64,000 bases of DNA from Patescibacteria group bacterium (GTDB taxonomy: Bacteria; Patescibacteriota; Microgenomatia; UBA8517): positions 4,922 to 68,921 of the forward strand of contig DASSIE010000028.1 of assembly GCA_035692185.1 (NCBI GenBank). The letters run 5' to 3'. The notes below the pieces were generated by a model. It was not told the DNA's origin and ran no database searches. It was given only the letters and a program-made list of their open reading frames with translations. A program made the translations under genes and the position numbers. This document shows positions 1 to 9,144 of the stretch, one piece after another (position 1 is the stretch's first letter; the number at the start of each line of letters is the position of its first letter).

Positions 1-1592
1 CTTTATCGGGTCTTTCCGCAAGCACTATAAATACTGGATCTAACGCACTTACTTTTACATCGAGTAATTTTAATACAACAGGAACTGGAATTAACTCTAC
101 AGCGATTGGGGCAACAACTGCTTCAAGTGGGGCATTTACTACCCTCTCTTCAACCGGTACTACTAATTTAGGTTCTGGTACTGGAGTTGTTAGTATAAAT
201 TCTTCTGACACCACAAATCTTCAGATAGCAGGAACCGGAACAACTGGGAATGTTCAGGTTGGCGCAGGTGGGGCGGGTTCAACAACACCAGATCTTTTAG
301 TTATGGATATTAAAAACACGTCTGGGGATCCAACAGGTACACCTGGAGCTATTTACTATAATTCAAACACCGGAAAGTTTAGATGTTTCGAAAATAGTGC
401 CTGGGTAAATTGTATTACTCCCTCGGGGAGTGATCTTCAACACTCGGCTTCATATGACACAAGTGAGGCGATCACCAATATTCCCACTGGTGGAGCTCAG
501 GTAACACTTGGAACTGTAGCGGTTACCCCAGCAACAGCCTTGGGAGATGTTTATGTCACTGGTTGGGCAGATGTTTATAGTAGCAATGCAACTGATCAGC
601 CTTTGCAGGTAGTAATTGAAACAACAACCAACTGTACTGGGACAACTGTAGGAAATGCCAATGTTACATATACAATTACTTCGGCGCAAAGTACAACAAT
701 CGACAGGGGCACGATTCGCGTTTCAGGAATTGCGGTTGACCCAGGAACCGGATCCCAGAATTATTCACTATGTGCGGCAGTCACATCCGGCGGCGGAGAC
801 ACAGATGTTTTGAATTGGGGCATTGAGGCACTGGTTATCGATACTGGAGCGGACTTGGCAGAAATATATACAACTAAAGATGCCAATATTGAACCGGGAG
901 ATGTTGTTTCAATTGACCCCAGTCTTCAAACAGGTATGAAAAAAAGCCAGACCCCATACGACCAATCCGTACTCGGAATTATTTCCACAAGACCGGGAAT
1001 GGTAATAGGATCTATTGATAATGAAGGAATAAATGCTATGCCGGTAGCACTCTCAGGCCGAGTTCCAGTAAAAGTTTCTACTCAAAACGGACCAATCTAT
1101 ATCGGTGACTACCTAACTACCTCACAAACTCCTGGGGTCGCCATGAAGGCAACTGAGGCAGGTACAATAATAGGTATTGCCATGTCCCCTTTTGATAGTG
1201 AAGGGGTTGGACAAATATTAGTATTTGTAAAAAATAGTTTTTCTACAGGATCACGTACTGCGATAGCTACAAATGAAGATGTAAATAATCCAATTGGAGC
1301 AATTGGTAAAAAAGTTGCAGATATGGGGAATTTCATTTCGGACTTTGTTGGAAATAAAATTACGGGAGTATTGGGATATTTTGATGAAATATTTACAAAG
1401 AAAATTCACACTGACGAAATATGTGTAAAAAAATCAGACGGAAATGAAGTTTGTATAAATGGAGATCAAATAAATGATATTTTATCAACTTCAACCCCAA
1501 CACCAACTATTACTCCTGTCCCAATTGAAAGTCCTACGCCAAGTAGCACACCTACCCAATCCCCTGAAGCTACAAGTACTCCACTCCCATAA
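1..1592 (+). CDS. 5'-truncated large Thr/Gly/Ser/Asn-rich fibrous surface protein (adhesin or tail-fibre-like) with conserved C-terminal globular domain and Pro/Thr-rich tail
   Basis: Reading frame is open from the window edge (codons from nt 3). Low-complexity T/G/S repeats, Cys pair in YYNSNTGKFRCFENSAWVNC, C-terminal TPTPTITPVPIESPTPSSTPTQSPEATSTPLP, stop at 1590-1592. Confidence 0.6.
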   Translation, partial: LSGLSASTINTGSNALTFTSSNFNTTGTGINSTAIGATTASSGAFTTLSSTGTTNLGSGTGVVSINSSDTTNLQIAGTGTTGNVQVGAGGAGSTTPDLLVMDIKNTSGDPTGTPGAIYYNSNTGKFRCFENSAWVNCITPSGSDLQHSASYDTSEAITNIPTGGAQVTLGTVAVTPATALGDVYVTGWADVYSSNATDQPLQVVIETTTNCTGTTVGNANVTYTITSAQSTTIDRGTIRVSGIAVDPGTGSQNYSLCAAVTSGGGDTDVLNWGIEALVIDTGADLAEIYTTKDANIEPGDVVSIDPSLQTGMKKSQTPYDQSVLGIISTRPGMVIGSIDNEGINAMPVALSGRVPVKVSTQNGPIYIGDYLTTSQTPGVAMKATEAGTIIGIAMSPFDSEGVGQILVFVKNSFSTGSRTAIATNEDVNNPIGAIGKKVADMGNFISDFVGNKITGVLGYFDEIFTKKIHTDEICVKKSDGNEVCINGDQINDILSTSTPTPTITPVPIESPTPSSTPTQSPEATSTPLP

Positions 1593-1647
1593 TCTTGGCT
1601 GGGGGACAGGGTATACTACGCTAAAGCTTCGTAATACCAACGGTATC

Positions 1648-1947
1648 CTACGTCTTCAACTTCGGACTACCTATTCTGCCACTTTTGAAACCCATTGCCA
1701 AGGCTACTGAAACCAATCTCTTGTATGCAAACGATTTTCCCGATCCAGTTTTTAAATAGAGTTCAAAATCTCTGGCTTCCTTTTCTGTGCTGAATGCTCC
1801 ATACCAAATTAGATTCCAAGGAATATGCGGTTTAGTTGATTTTACTTCTCCACTGTTATGAAGTACTAGCCTTTTATTTAAATCGTTCGTCGAGCCGAAG
1901 TAAAAGATGTGAGATTTTGAACTTAAAAGAATATAGGAATAGTACAT
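1648..1947 (-). CDS. GIY-YIG family nuclease (small URI-domain protein)
   Basis: MYYSYILLSSKSHIFYFGSTNDLNKRLVLHNSG...PWNLIWYGAF..EKEARDFELYLK matches the GIY-YIG core. The longer N-terminal extension in the ORF track would overlap the tRNA-Gln, so the start is placed at MPMYY/MYY. Confidence 0.75.
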   Translation of the reverse strand: MYYSYILLSSKSHIFYFGSTNDLNKRLVLHNSGEVKSTKPHIPWNLIWYGAFSTEKEARDFELYLKTGSGKSFAYKRLVSVALAMGFKSGRIGSPKLKT

Positions 1948-1981
1948 GGGCATGCAACTCCGTAGCCTTGGCGAAGGATTG

Positions 1982-2052
1982 CTGGGGAACAGGGATTCGA
2001 ACCCCAATACCAACCTCCAAAGGGTTGTGTCCTACCATTAGACGATTCCCCA
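1982..2052 (-). tRNA. tRNA-Gln (anticodon TTG)
   Basis: Cloverleaf hand-folded. Anticodon loop CUUUGGA, T-loop TTCGAAT, U1-A72 and G73 as in bacterial tRNA-Gln, 3' end ...CCCCAG then CA (no encoded CCA). Confidence 0.75.
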
Positions 2053-2227
2053 AAATTTAAAACTACAAGCCTATTATATCCTATTTTTCTTATCTCCCCA
2101 ATCCCTCTAATTCCCTAATTTACGGTCTTCTTGAGGAATATCAGCTTATCGAGTAAAATACAGGTTGCAAGTGAATTCACGGGCCCATATGAACTCTGCT
2201 AGCGCAGAACCATATGATGCCCTATTA

Positions 2228-2299
2228 GGGCCCATAGCTCAATGGTAGAGCAATTCCCTTTTAAGGAAGCGGTTGAAGGTTCGAGTCCTTCTGGGCTCA
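2228..2299 (+). tRNA. tRNA-Lys (anticodon TTT)
   Basis: GGGCCCA acceptor, D-arm GCTCAATGGTAGAGC, anticodon loop CTTTTAA, T-arm GAAGGTTCGAGTCCTTC, discriminator A, no CCA. Confidence 0.85.
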
Positions 2300-2312
2300 C
2301 TCGTAGCTAATT

Positions 2313-2386
2313 GGCCCCATCGTCTAACGGTTAGGACGTCGGGTTTTCATCCCGAAAATTTCTGGGTTCGAATCCCAGTGGGGTCA
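2313..2386 (+). tRNA. tRNA-Glu (anticodon TTC)
   Basis: GGCCCCA acceptor, D-arm GTCTAACGGTTAGGAC, anticodon stem-loop TCGGG-TTTTCAT-CCCGA, T-arm CTGGGTTCGAATCCCAG, no CCA. Confidence 0.85.
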
Positions 2387-2397
2387 CATTTGAAGTC

Positions 2398-2664
2398 TTA
2401 GTTTTTTACTGACTGGAGCTTCTTTCTGGCAATATTTTGCTTCCTAATCTCTTCCCTTGCCTCTTGTTCCTTTTTAATAACTTGTCTTTGGATTTTCTCT
2501 TTATGGAGTTGTCCATCTACAATTTTCTGGCATTCTGGGTCTGAACAAATTTTAATAGTATAAACAACAGTTGAAGTCTCAACTTTTTCTTCGTAAGTTT
2601 CTTTTACAACCCTAGGTTTCCCACACCTTGTGCAGACACTTCCAGGAATCATACTTGTATTCAT
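2398..2664 (-). CDS. Small zinc-ribbon protein with K/E/Q-rich C-terminal helix, hypothetical
   Basis: CTRCG...CSDPEC motif. Start chosen at MNTSM immediately after the RRM gene stop. The longer ORF N-terminus is the antisense of the RGG tract and is rejected. Confidence 0.5.
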   Translation of the reverse strand: MNTSMIPGSVCTRCGKPRVVKETYEEKVETSTVVYTIKICSDPECQKIVDGQLHKEKIQRQVIKKEQEAREEIRKQNIARKKLQSVKN

Positions 2665-2665
2665 T

Positions 2666-3070
2666 TTAACGGTATCCTCCACCCCTATTACCACGACTGT
2701 CTCCTCTGTCTCGTCCACCTCCGCCAAAGCCACTTCTTCCACCACCCCTGGAGTCTCCACGTCCGCCCCCAAATCCACCACCACGTCTATTGTCTCCACC
2801 ACCACTGTAATCTCTTTTTTCTTGTGGTTTTGCTTCAGCTACAACTAGCCTGCGACCACCAAAATCTGTTTCGTTAAGAGTTTTGATTGCGTTTTGGGCT
2901 TCCTCGTCGGTTGTCATTTCTACAAACCCAAATCCTTTGGATCTACCAGAAAATTTATCTATGATTATTGAGGCTGAGACAACTACACCAACTTTGGAAA
3001 ATAAATCCTTAAGCTCCGCTTCTGTGGTCTCAAATGGAAGTCCTGCTACAAATAGTCGTTTGTTGTTCAT
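2666..3070 (-). CDS. RRM-type RNA-binding protein with RGG/Gly-Arg-rich tail
   Basis: RNP motifs LFVAGLPF and KGFGFVEM. C-terminal RGGGFGGGRGDSRGGGR repeats. Confidence 0.9.
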   Translation of the reverse strand: MNNKRLFVAGLPFETTEAELKDLFSKVGVVVSASIIIDKFSGRSKGFGFVEMTTDEEAQNAIKTLNETDFGGRRLVVAEAKPQEKRDYSGGGDNRRGGGFGGGRGDSRGGGRSGFGGGGRDRGDSRGNRGGGYR

Positions 3071-3136
3071 TAGGTGTGGCTACTGTTTGTATTTTACCAC
3101 AAACCTAGCCAATTAGCTATGTGTTAAAATAGGCAC

Positions 3137-3394
3137 ATGGTAAAAATGGATGTCGAGCGAAGAAAAAAGTTCGATAGTTACTTTTTGGAACATTTTAAAG
3201 ACGAAGAATTTAATTTTGATGAAGCAGCCTCCGTTTCCGGATATAGTAGATCTTCGGTTCCCAATTTGTACTATCAACTTATACAAAGTCTTCACGGAGG
3301 CAGAAGAGAGCCATTTTTAAACGATGAGGGTTTAATAAGGTTTAGACCAATAAAGATGAGTGGATCCGAGGGTGGAGTCGAGAAAGGATTTTAA
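3137..3394 (+). CDS. Small hypothetical protein, possible HTH
   Basis: 85-aa ORF co-directional with and immediately upstream of the methyltransferase gene. No recognisable family. Confidence 0.35.
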   Translation: MVKMDVERRKKFDSYFLEHFKDEEFNFDEAASVSGYSRSSVPNLYYQLIQSLHGGRREPFLNDEGLIRFRPIKMSGSEGGVEKGF

Positions 3395-3395
3395 A

Positions 3396-3965
3396 ATGAT
3401 AAAATTTAACGCCAAAATGTTAAGAAAAACAAAGCCTACAAATGGTGAACATAAACTAATTAAACGAAATCCAATTTATTTTATCTTGGATAATTTAATT
3501 GATACTTACAATATTGGGTCTATGTTTAGACTTGCTGACGCTATAGCTGCTGAGAAAGTTTATATTTGTGGCGAGAGTGAATACCCCCCAAACTCAAGGA
3601 TCCATAAAGCGGCTGTGGGAACGGAAGAATGGGTAGCTTGGAGTAAAGTCAGTAAAACCAGTGATGCAATAAAATCATTAAAGGAACAGGGTGTACAGAT
3701 AGTTTCTGTTGAACAGGACCCCCGCTCCATCCCCCATTCATTACTCACCACCCGCGTCACATTTCCGGTAGCCATCGTTGTAGGAAACGAAACTACTGGC
3801 GTGTCTCAAGAGGTTTTAGACGCATCAGACGTTATTGTAGAGCTTCCAATGTTTGGTGTTAATAAATCTCTTAATGTTTGGGGCAGTGCCGCAATTGTTG
3901 CGTATAAAGTTATCGAGACCCTCATTTTCAAACCCTACCGCTCCCAAAGAAAAACAAAGAAATAA
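3396..3965 (+). CDS. SpoU/TrmH-family (SPOUT) RNA 2'-O-methyltransferase
   Basis: YFILDNLIDTYNIGSMFRLADA...IVVGNETTGVS...LPMFGVNKSLNVWGSAAIVAY motifs. Start moved to internal MIKF with upstream AAGGA. Confidence 0.8.
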   Translation: MIKFNAKMLRKTKPTNGEHKLIKRNPIYFILDNLIDTYNIGSMFRLADAIAAEKVYICGESEYPPNSRIHKAAVGTEEWVAWSKVSKTSDAIKSLKEQGVQIVSVEQDPRSIPHSLLTTRVTFPVAIVVGNETTGVSQEVLDASDVIVELPMFGVNKSLNVWGSAAIVAYKVIETLIFKPYRSQRKTKK

Positions 3966-4178
3966 CCACTCCTAGCTTGAAAAAGAAGGAAATGTATGAT
4001 ATACTACTATAGGTTTCTGGCCTCGTATCCGTTGCGATAATTATGGCTATAAACCAGTACTTTAATATTCGCACGAAAAATTTAAACCCTTATTGTGGTG
4101 GGGAAATTGGCGTTGACAAATTGGATCAACATCAAAAACTCGCCACAATAGTGACGAGATATATTATCGGAGGATAAA

Positions 4179-4622
4179 ATGTTCAACAAGTTTTTGTTAT
4201 CAATTTTGGTGATTATATTCACCGCCTGCGGTTCTCAGCAGACATCTCTACCTACAGCAACCGCAATTGTGGAAACCCAAACTGGGACAATATCAACCGG
4301 TGAGCTTGGCGAAGTTCGCTTCAGAACAACTATCCTTGAAGGCAAACAAGGAGAACTCACTAAAACTGGTATTGTTATCACATCATATTCCGCAACTCAG
4401 TTTGTGATATATGGCCACATTTGTTACCAGGAAAACGGATCGCCAATTTACAACTCAATAAACGAGGCAAGTGGTGGTATTAGACCCGGTTCATCATTAG
4501 AGCTTAGTTTATTTAGCAATGATGAAGTTGGAGAGTGTGATGGAACATTGATATTAGTGTTCTACGACAAGAATGGAAAAGAAGAAAAATTCACAATACC
4601 TGTCACAGTAGTTGTGAAGTAA
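4179..4622 (+). CDS. Lipoprotein, hypothetical
   Basis: Signal peptide with lipobox LVIIFTAC|G. GGAGGA RBS 5 nt upstream of ATG. Confidence 0.6.
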   Translation: MFNKFLLSILVIIFTACGSQQTSLPTATAIVETQTGTISTGELGEVRFRTTILEGKQGELTKTGIVITSYSATQFVIYGHICYQENGSPIYNSINEASGGIRPGSSLELSLFSNDEVGECDGTLILVFYDKNGKEEKFTIPVTVVVK

Positions 4623-4724
4623 ACAATAAATTTTTCGTGCGGACCGCATGGCAAGTAGGTAGAAGCTTCTGCTTCATAAATCCCGCTTGCCATGCTTAGT
4701 TCGTCCCACTTTGTTTTCCCCACT

Positions 4725-4746
4725 AAAAAACCGCCTCTCGGCGGCC
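4725..4746 (-). terminator. Rho-independent terminator downstream of major pilin gene
   Basis: Minus-strand GCCGCCGAGAGGCGG hairpin followed by a U6 run. A second long hairpin (gcatggcaag...cttgccatgc) lies at about 4646-4695. Confidence 0.7.
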
Positions 4747-4767
4747 ACAATCCAAAAATTCCTTAAT

Positions 4768-5262
4768 TTATCTTGTTACTGAAATTACTGGTGCCACCCC
4801 TCTTACCGTTTCTGCACTTGGAGCACTCACTGTTATTCTACCACTCGCATCCTTAACTATAAAGTAAGCTGTTTGATAATCAGCTGTACAATCGCCTACT
4901 GCCGCTCCATTATTTGGACCATCTGGATCAACTGGGAACAAAGACACATAATCCGGTGAAAGCAGAGCGCAGACATCTGCCCCGCCAGGATTACCAACTC
5001 CACCCATAATCTCCAAGGCTGGATCCGGTGCTGTCGGAAGACCCAAAGCAACTAGATTGCCTTTGTGATCCGCCCCATACTGATGAACTGCATTAAGAAT
5101 TGTATTTACATCATTTGTACGAGCTGTGTTATTTGCCTGTGCAAACTGTGCTGCTGGGTTAATGGCGATTAAAACGATTGCAAGAAGAATACCCAAAATA
5201 CCGATAACGACTAGCAACTCGATGAGTGTAAAACCCTTTGGAAGTTTCTTAAAATTGAGCAT
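4768..5262 (-). CDS. Type IV pilin / ComGC-like major prepilin
   Basis: Class III signal MLNFKKLPKG|FTLIELLVVIGILGIL with E at position +5. Confidence 0.85.
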   Translation of the reverse strand: MLNFKKLPKGFTLIELLVVIGILGILLAIVLIAINPAAQFAQANNTARTNDVNTILNAVHQYGADHKGNLVALGLPTAPDPALEIMGGVGNPGGADVCALLSPDYVSLFPVDPDGPNNGAAVGDCTADYQTAYFIVKDASGRITVSAPSAETVRGVAPVISVTR

Positions 5263-5305
5263 TAACTAACATTAAAAGATTCCAAATATCATGTCAAGAG
5301 GTATT

Positions 5306-5989
5306 TTACTTTCTTAAAATAATCACCACAACCAAAATAATTAATAAAATTACAAATCCGCCAATTAAATATGGCAAGAGTTTACTTTTTGGTTCCTGGG
5401 CTTTGGAAATTGATACCTCATTGTGATCTTCTTGTGTAACAACTTTTTCCCCTATCATGCTGGATGTCTTCATATTATCCCCGGTGTCCATTACATGTTT
5501 TGCAAAATCCTCTGTTAGCTCCCTCATAGCGCCGTATTCGGGATAAATGTTAACAGGAACCACGGCAGTTAAACCAAATCCACGGGCTGTAAAGGCATCA
5601 ACTATTGTGTCCACCAAATCCAAGTTTGTAGCAACAACTCTCCAAACATTTGCAGTTTTATAAACTTTGGATAAAACCGAATTAAAAGGTACTGTATCGA
5701 TAAATATTTGCGAATCAGTTTCTACTTTTGTGGTGTCTGCGGGGTCTTTTATAGGAAAATCTTTACTAAAACAAACTGCTTCAGAAACCACAAGAAATAT
5801 CTGTGACGGCTCGAGTTTATTGTTTTGTATAAAGACAGTAATTAAGTTAAAAAAAGCGTCTCTATCTTTAACATCTAAATCTAAAGAAATATTGGCAGGA
5901 AAATTTAAACCCAAAATCACACCATCTTCATAAAGATAAAATCTATCTCTTTCTAGTAAAATTACTGTATCGTGTTTTCCGTCTGCCAT
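5306..5989 (-). CDS. Pilus-operon protein with C-terminal transmembrane anchor, function unknown
   Basis: 227 aa with hydrophobic C-terminus LLPYLIGGFVILLIILVVVIIL. Embedded between pilin genes. Confidence 0.5.
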   Translation of the reverse strand: MADGKHDTVILLERDRFYLYEDGVILGLNFPANISLDLDVKDRDAFFNLITVFIQNNKLEPSQIFLVVSEAVCFSKDFPIKDPADTTKVETDSQIFIDTVPFNSVLSKVYKTANVWRVVATNLDLVDTIVDAFTARGFGLTAVVPVNIYPEYGAMRELTEDFAKHVMDTGDNMKTSSMIGEKVVTQEDHNEVSISKAQEPKSKLLPYLIGGFVILLIILVVVIILRK

Positions 5990-5990
5990 G

Positions 5991-6386
5991 TTAGTCTATC
6001 TCTTTCCAAGAAGTTGGGACCCCTAAGATATTATTACTGTAACTAACTATAACTTCAACCTTTTTTACAAAATTGCCATTGGTTGCTGTAGAATCTATTG
6101 TTTTTGTGCCCGTGCCGGTTACGGTTATTACAACCGTTCCCCCATTAAGTGGACTAATGGTTTCACCGGTGTAAGAATCGTTGTTTCTTAAAATCCCGAG
6201 CATTGCGGTTTCTATTCCACTATCTGCCATTTCTTTTGCGATCACACCCTCACTCATTGTTGTAGCTGCTTGGGAATTGCTGGCAATTATAAAAGTGGCT
6301 GACGTTGCAATAATTATTCCCACAAGCACAAAGAAAAGTAGCATTACAAGAGCTTGCCCCGAATTTAAATTTGAGATTTTTGTCAT
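5991..6386 (-). CDS. PilX-like minor pilin
   Basis: N-terminus NSGQALVMLLFFVLVGIIIAT resembles the PilX_N hydrophobic helix. Confidence 0.6.
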   Translation of the reverse strand: MTKISNLNSGQALVMLLFFVLVGIIIATSATFIIASNSQAATTMSEGVIAKEMADSGIETAMLGILRNNDSYTGETISPLNGGTVVITVTGTGTKTIDSTATNGNFVKKVEVIVSYSNNILGVPTSWKEID

Positions 6387-6387
6387 A

Positions 6388-6840
6388 TTAGTATCTTAAC
6401 CCCATTGTTGTATCTACCGATTGAGTTTTTGTCCCGCTTGTAGTTTGGATTAAGGATTCGAGTGTATAGGATATTTTTATGGTTTGGCCAATTTTAGTGA
6501 ACATTATACCGTTCACTTTGGTGTCAACGCTATTTAACTTAACTGAATTTAACAATAAGTCTCCATTAACAAGATCATAAACTTTTGTTCCTGAATCTAA
6601 ACTCAATTTTGAGGGCGTTATGACAGTTGCGACACTGGCATTGTAAATATTGTAATTAAAACTCCCCAAAATAGACCTAGTGTCTTGGTTAAGTGCAGAG
6701 GTGGATTCACTTTGCAATTTAAAGTTTAGGGTTGTAACAAAAACATCCAATAAAACCAACATAAAAACTGTAAGGAGAGCCATGTAAACCAAAAGCTCGA
6801 CCACAGTGAAACCTTTTTTTAGTTTGTTATTTATTTTCAT
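6388..6840 (-). CDS. Prepilin-type minor pilin (pseudopilin)
   Basis: MKINNKLKKG|FTVVELLVYMALL class III signal. Confidence 0.8.
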   Translation of the reverse strand: MKINNKLKKGFTVVELLVYMALLTVFMLVLLDVFVTTLNFKLQSESTSALNQDTRSILGSFNYNIYNASVATVITPSKLSLDSGTKVYDLVNGDLLLNSVKLNSVDTKVNGIMFTKIGQTIKISYTLESLIQTTSGTKTQSVDTTMGLRY

Positions 6841-6842
6841 AA

Positions 6843-8738
6843 TTAGGGTGAATAATTAACCGAAACGGACGTTGATACTTCTCCTGGTGTTCCGCTAAAA
6901 GTTACTTTATATCTAAAACATCTTCCGGGATTAATATTAAGTGGAATTTGACCCCCTGCAGTTGTGTAGTTGCCAGTGTAGTTATATGCCGAACAATCTG
7001 TAGATACTGCAATTTGGTAAGTAGCTGTAAGGCCAGTTGAAGGTGTAACTGTAATGTCCCCAATTCTATTAAATATTACGGAGTGCCCGGCATCAAGCGC
7101 TGGTGACTCAACAGTAAGGCCCCCGCCGGCACCGCCACCTCCCCCAGCACCCGGGCCACCTTCTATAATTTTAAGTTCAGTGGACGCATCCCCCGTAACT
7201 ATATATGCATATGCCCTTTGGGCTGTTGTAAAAACCGTGGAAACTCCGTTTATTCCAGTGTCAACATCTAGCCCTCCACACCGACTAGGTGTCGTCTCTG
7301 TTGTAACGTCCACTACTTGGTACTCTTCTGCGCTGTGTCCTACTATAACCACCTTGGGTAGGTTAACTAAAACAATTCCATATGGGTCCATTCCGTTTGT
7401 GTCATATGTTCCTTTTGTTAATTGAGCACCAGTTAAGCTCGCCCAATTTAATGTTGTTTCATCGATATTTACAATAAACATTTCGTTTTTAGAAGCCGAA
7501 CTCGCGGTTGCGACATAAGCTCTTGTTCCAGTTGAATTTATGTAAAGTGATTTTCCCCCTAAGCCGTCTAAGACAACTGAGCGAACAATTGTTAAATTAG
7601 ATGAATTACTAATATCAACAATCACCAACTGATTAGATGTGGATGAAGTTGTGATATAAGCACGCTGGCCATAAATTACCATTTTGGCAGCAGTACCTGG
7701 AAGAGTTATTCCATCAGCATCAATTATTGGTCGTGATCCAGATTTACTAGTCAAATCAAAATTGTAAAGTTTAGTTCCACCTGTCATGTAGCCTATGTTG
7801 CCACTTGTGGCAACCGAGCTTGCATTACCATTTCCTGGCGCATTAAAAAACCCTGCTTCCGCATATTTGCCTCCACTAATACTATTTAGGTTAATTATGT
7901 CTACCTCTTTTGAGTTTGTATCTGTGGCTAAATATGCATAATTTTGTTCTGTAAAAACATCATTTGTTTTAAATCCATCATATGTTCCTGCAATCACCGC
8001 CGATGGAGTTACTGGGGAAGCTGGATCAGTAATCGACACGTTTGCATAAGATACTCCAGCTGCATTATCCCCCGTTCCTGCAGCAAGTTGCCCTTGAATA
8101 GCACTTATTGCATTTGCAACTCCACTTTTTGGCAAATCAAGATTGGCCAAACTTAAACTTGGTGCACACCAGTCTCCACTTCCAAAATTAAGAAGTGTTC
8201 CGGACGCAACAAGGGTAGAAGAAATATTTTTCCACCTAGTTAAAATAAAAGTGGAAGTCATATTGGTTGGAATTATATTGCTCCAAGAAACCGTAACTGT
8301 AATTTGTTTTTTGGATAGGTCGGCTGGGGAAACATCTGCAATATCAATTTTTCTTGTAAAGTCTCCAATTGTTTCAGTACCCTCTACAAGTGTCCAAATT
8401 CCACCGGAAACAATGGGATGGAAAGTACCATTTGTAGACACATTTACCCAATCAGTATCACGAGCGTTCCTGGTTGCCTCCTCTGCTTCTTTTATATAAC
8501 CTGTTGCTTTTAATCTTTGTTCCTGTTGGACTTTCCCCGAAGTGCCGGAGATAAACCCTAAAATAATTGCCGGAATTAAAATTGAAGAAATTCCAAAAGC
8601 AACTAAAAGTTCAACCAATAGTTGACCCGATTGCAAAGGGGTGGCACGCAACGGGGGGCCCCAAAGTCGGGGTCCCCTTGTGGGTGGATTTGGGGCTGGT
8701 GCGCGACAGGACCCCGATGTTTTAATAGCTCGCTCCAT
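6843..8738 (-). CDS. Large (~600-630 aa) pilin-like protein with prepilin N-terminus, possible pilus tip or adhesin subunit
   Basis: LQSG|QLLVELLVAFGISSILIPAII with E+5, Gly tract GGPGAGGGGGAGGG near the C-terminus. Start uncertain: ATG at 8738 gives a 37-aa GC-rich leader, alternative TTG at about 8636 gives MQSG|Q. Confidence 0.7.
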   Translation of the reverse strand: MERAIKTSGSCRAPAPNPPTRGPRLWGPPLRATPLQSGQLLVELLVAFGISSILIPAIILGFISGTSGKVQQEQRLKATGYIKEAEEATRNARDTDWVNVSTNGTFHPIVSGGIWTLVEGTETIGDFTRKIDIADVSPADLSKKQITVTVSWSNIIPTNMTSTFILTRWKNISSTLVASGTLLNFGSGDWCAPSLSLANLDLPKSGVANAISAIQGQLAAGTGDNAAGVSYANVSITDPASPVTPSAVIAGTYDGFKTNDVFTEQNYAYLATDTNSKEVDIINLNSISGGKYAEAGFFNAPGNGNASSVATSGNIGYMTGGTKLYNFDLTSKSGSRPIIDADGITLPGTAAKMVIYGQRAYITTSSTSNQLVIVDISNSSNLTIVRSVVLDGLGGKSLYINSTGTRAYVATASSASKNEMFIVNIDETTLNWASLTGAQLTKGTYDTNGMDPYGIVLVNLPKVVIVGHSAEEYQVVDVTTETTPSRCGGLDVDTGINGVSTVFTTAQRAYAYIVTGDASTELKIIEGGPGAGGGGGAGGGLTVESPALDAGHSVIFNRIGDITVTPSTGLTATYQIAVSTDCSAYNYTGNYTTAGGQIPLNINPGRCFRYKVTFSGTPGEVSTSVSVNYSP

Positions 8739-9141
8739 ATTTATTAATGTTGATAACCTTAGTTGTACCAATCTGATCGTTAACCAAAGTAAAGCTCCCA
8801 GCAGTTGTCTCGCCACTTCCTGCTGCAAAATTTAAGTCGCCATTTGCAAAACTAATATTTGTAAATGTTAAGCCCGGATCCAGATTAACGATAAAATTTG
8901 ATGGGATTAATGTGTAACTAGTGGTTCCAAAATGAATTCCACGAACAGCATTTGTGGCCATTGCTTCAGTTTGCTGTGAGCGGATATCCCTCATTAAAAC
9001 GTCAATTGTCGCGCTTTGAGAAGTTGCTGACGGAAGCCTACCTAAATTTATTGTAGTTAAGGCAAAAAGAATCCCCAGGATTCCAATCGAAACCATTAAT
9101 TCTACAATTGTGAAGCCGTGTGGGTGTGTATCATTTGTCAT
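8722..9141 (-). CDS. Prepilin-type minor pilin, GspH/FimT-like
   Basis: MTNDTHPHG|FTIVELMVSIGILGILFAL. Confidence 0.8.
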   Translation of the reverse strand: MTNDTHPHGFTIVELMVSIGILGILFALTTINLGRLPSATSQSATIDVLMRDIRSQQTEAMATNAVRGIHFGTTSYTLIPSNFIVNLDPGLTFTNISFANGDLNFAAGSGETTAGSFTLVNDQIGTTKVININKYGASY

Positions 9142-9144
9142 TTC

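Noticed and set aside
2398-2805. Long 135-aa version of the zinc-ribbon ORF and the 2630..2848(+) ORF
   Set aside because: The N-terminal 47 codons are the antisense of the RGG repeat of the RRM gene. The real gene most likely starts at the Met just after the RRM stop.
8739-8828. N-terminal 30 residues of ORF 6843..8828 (MQQEVARQLLGALLWLTIRL...)
   Set aside because: They overlap the upstream pseudopilin gene end. The prepilin cleavage motif QSG|QLLVE lies far downstream, so the start is at the internal ATG 8738 or the TTG at about 8636.
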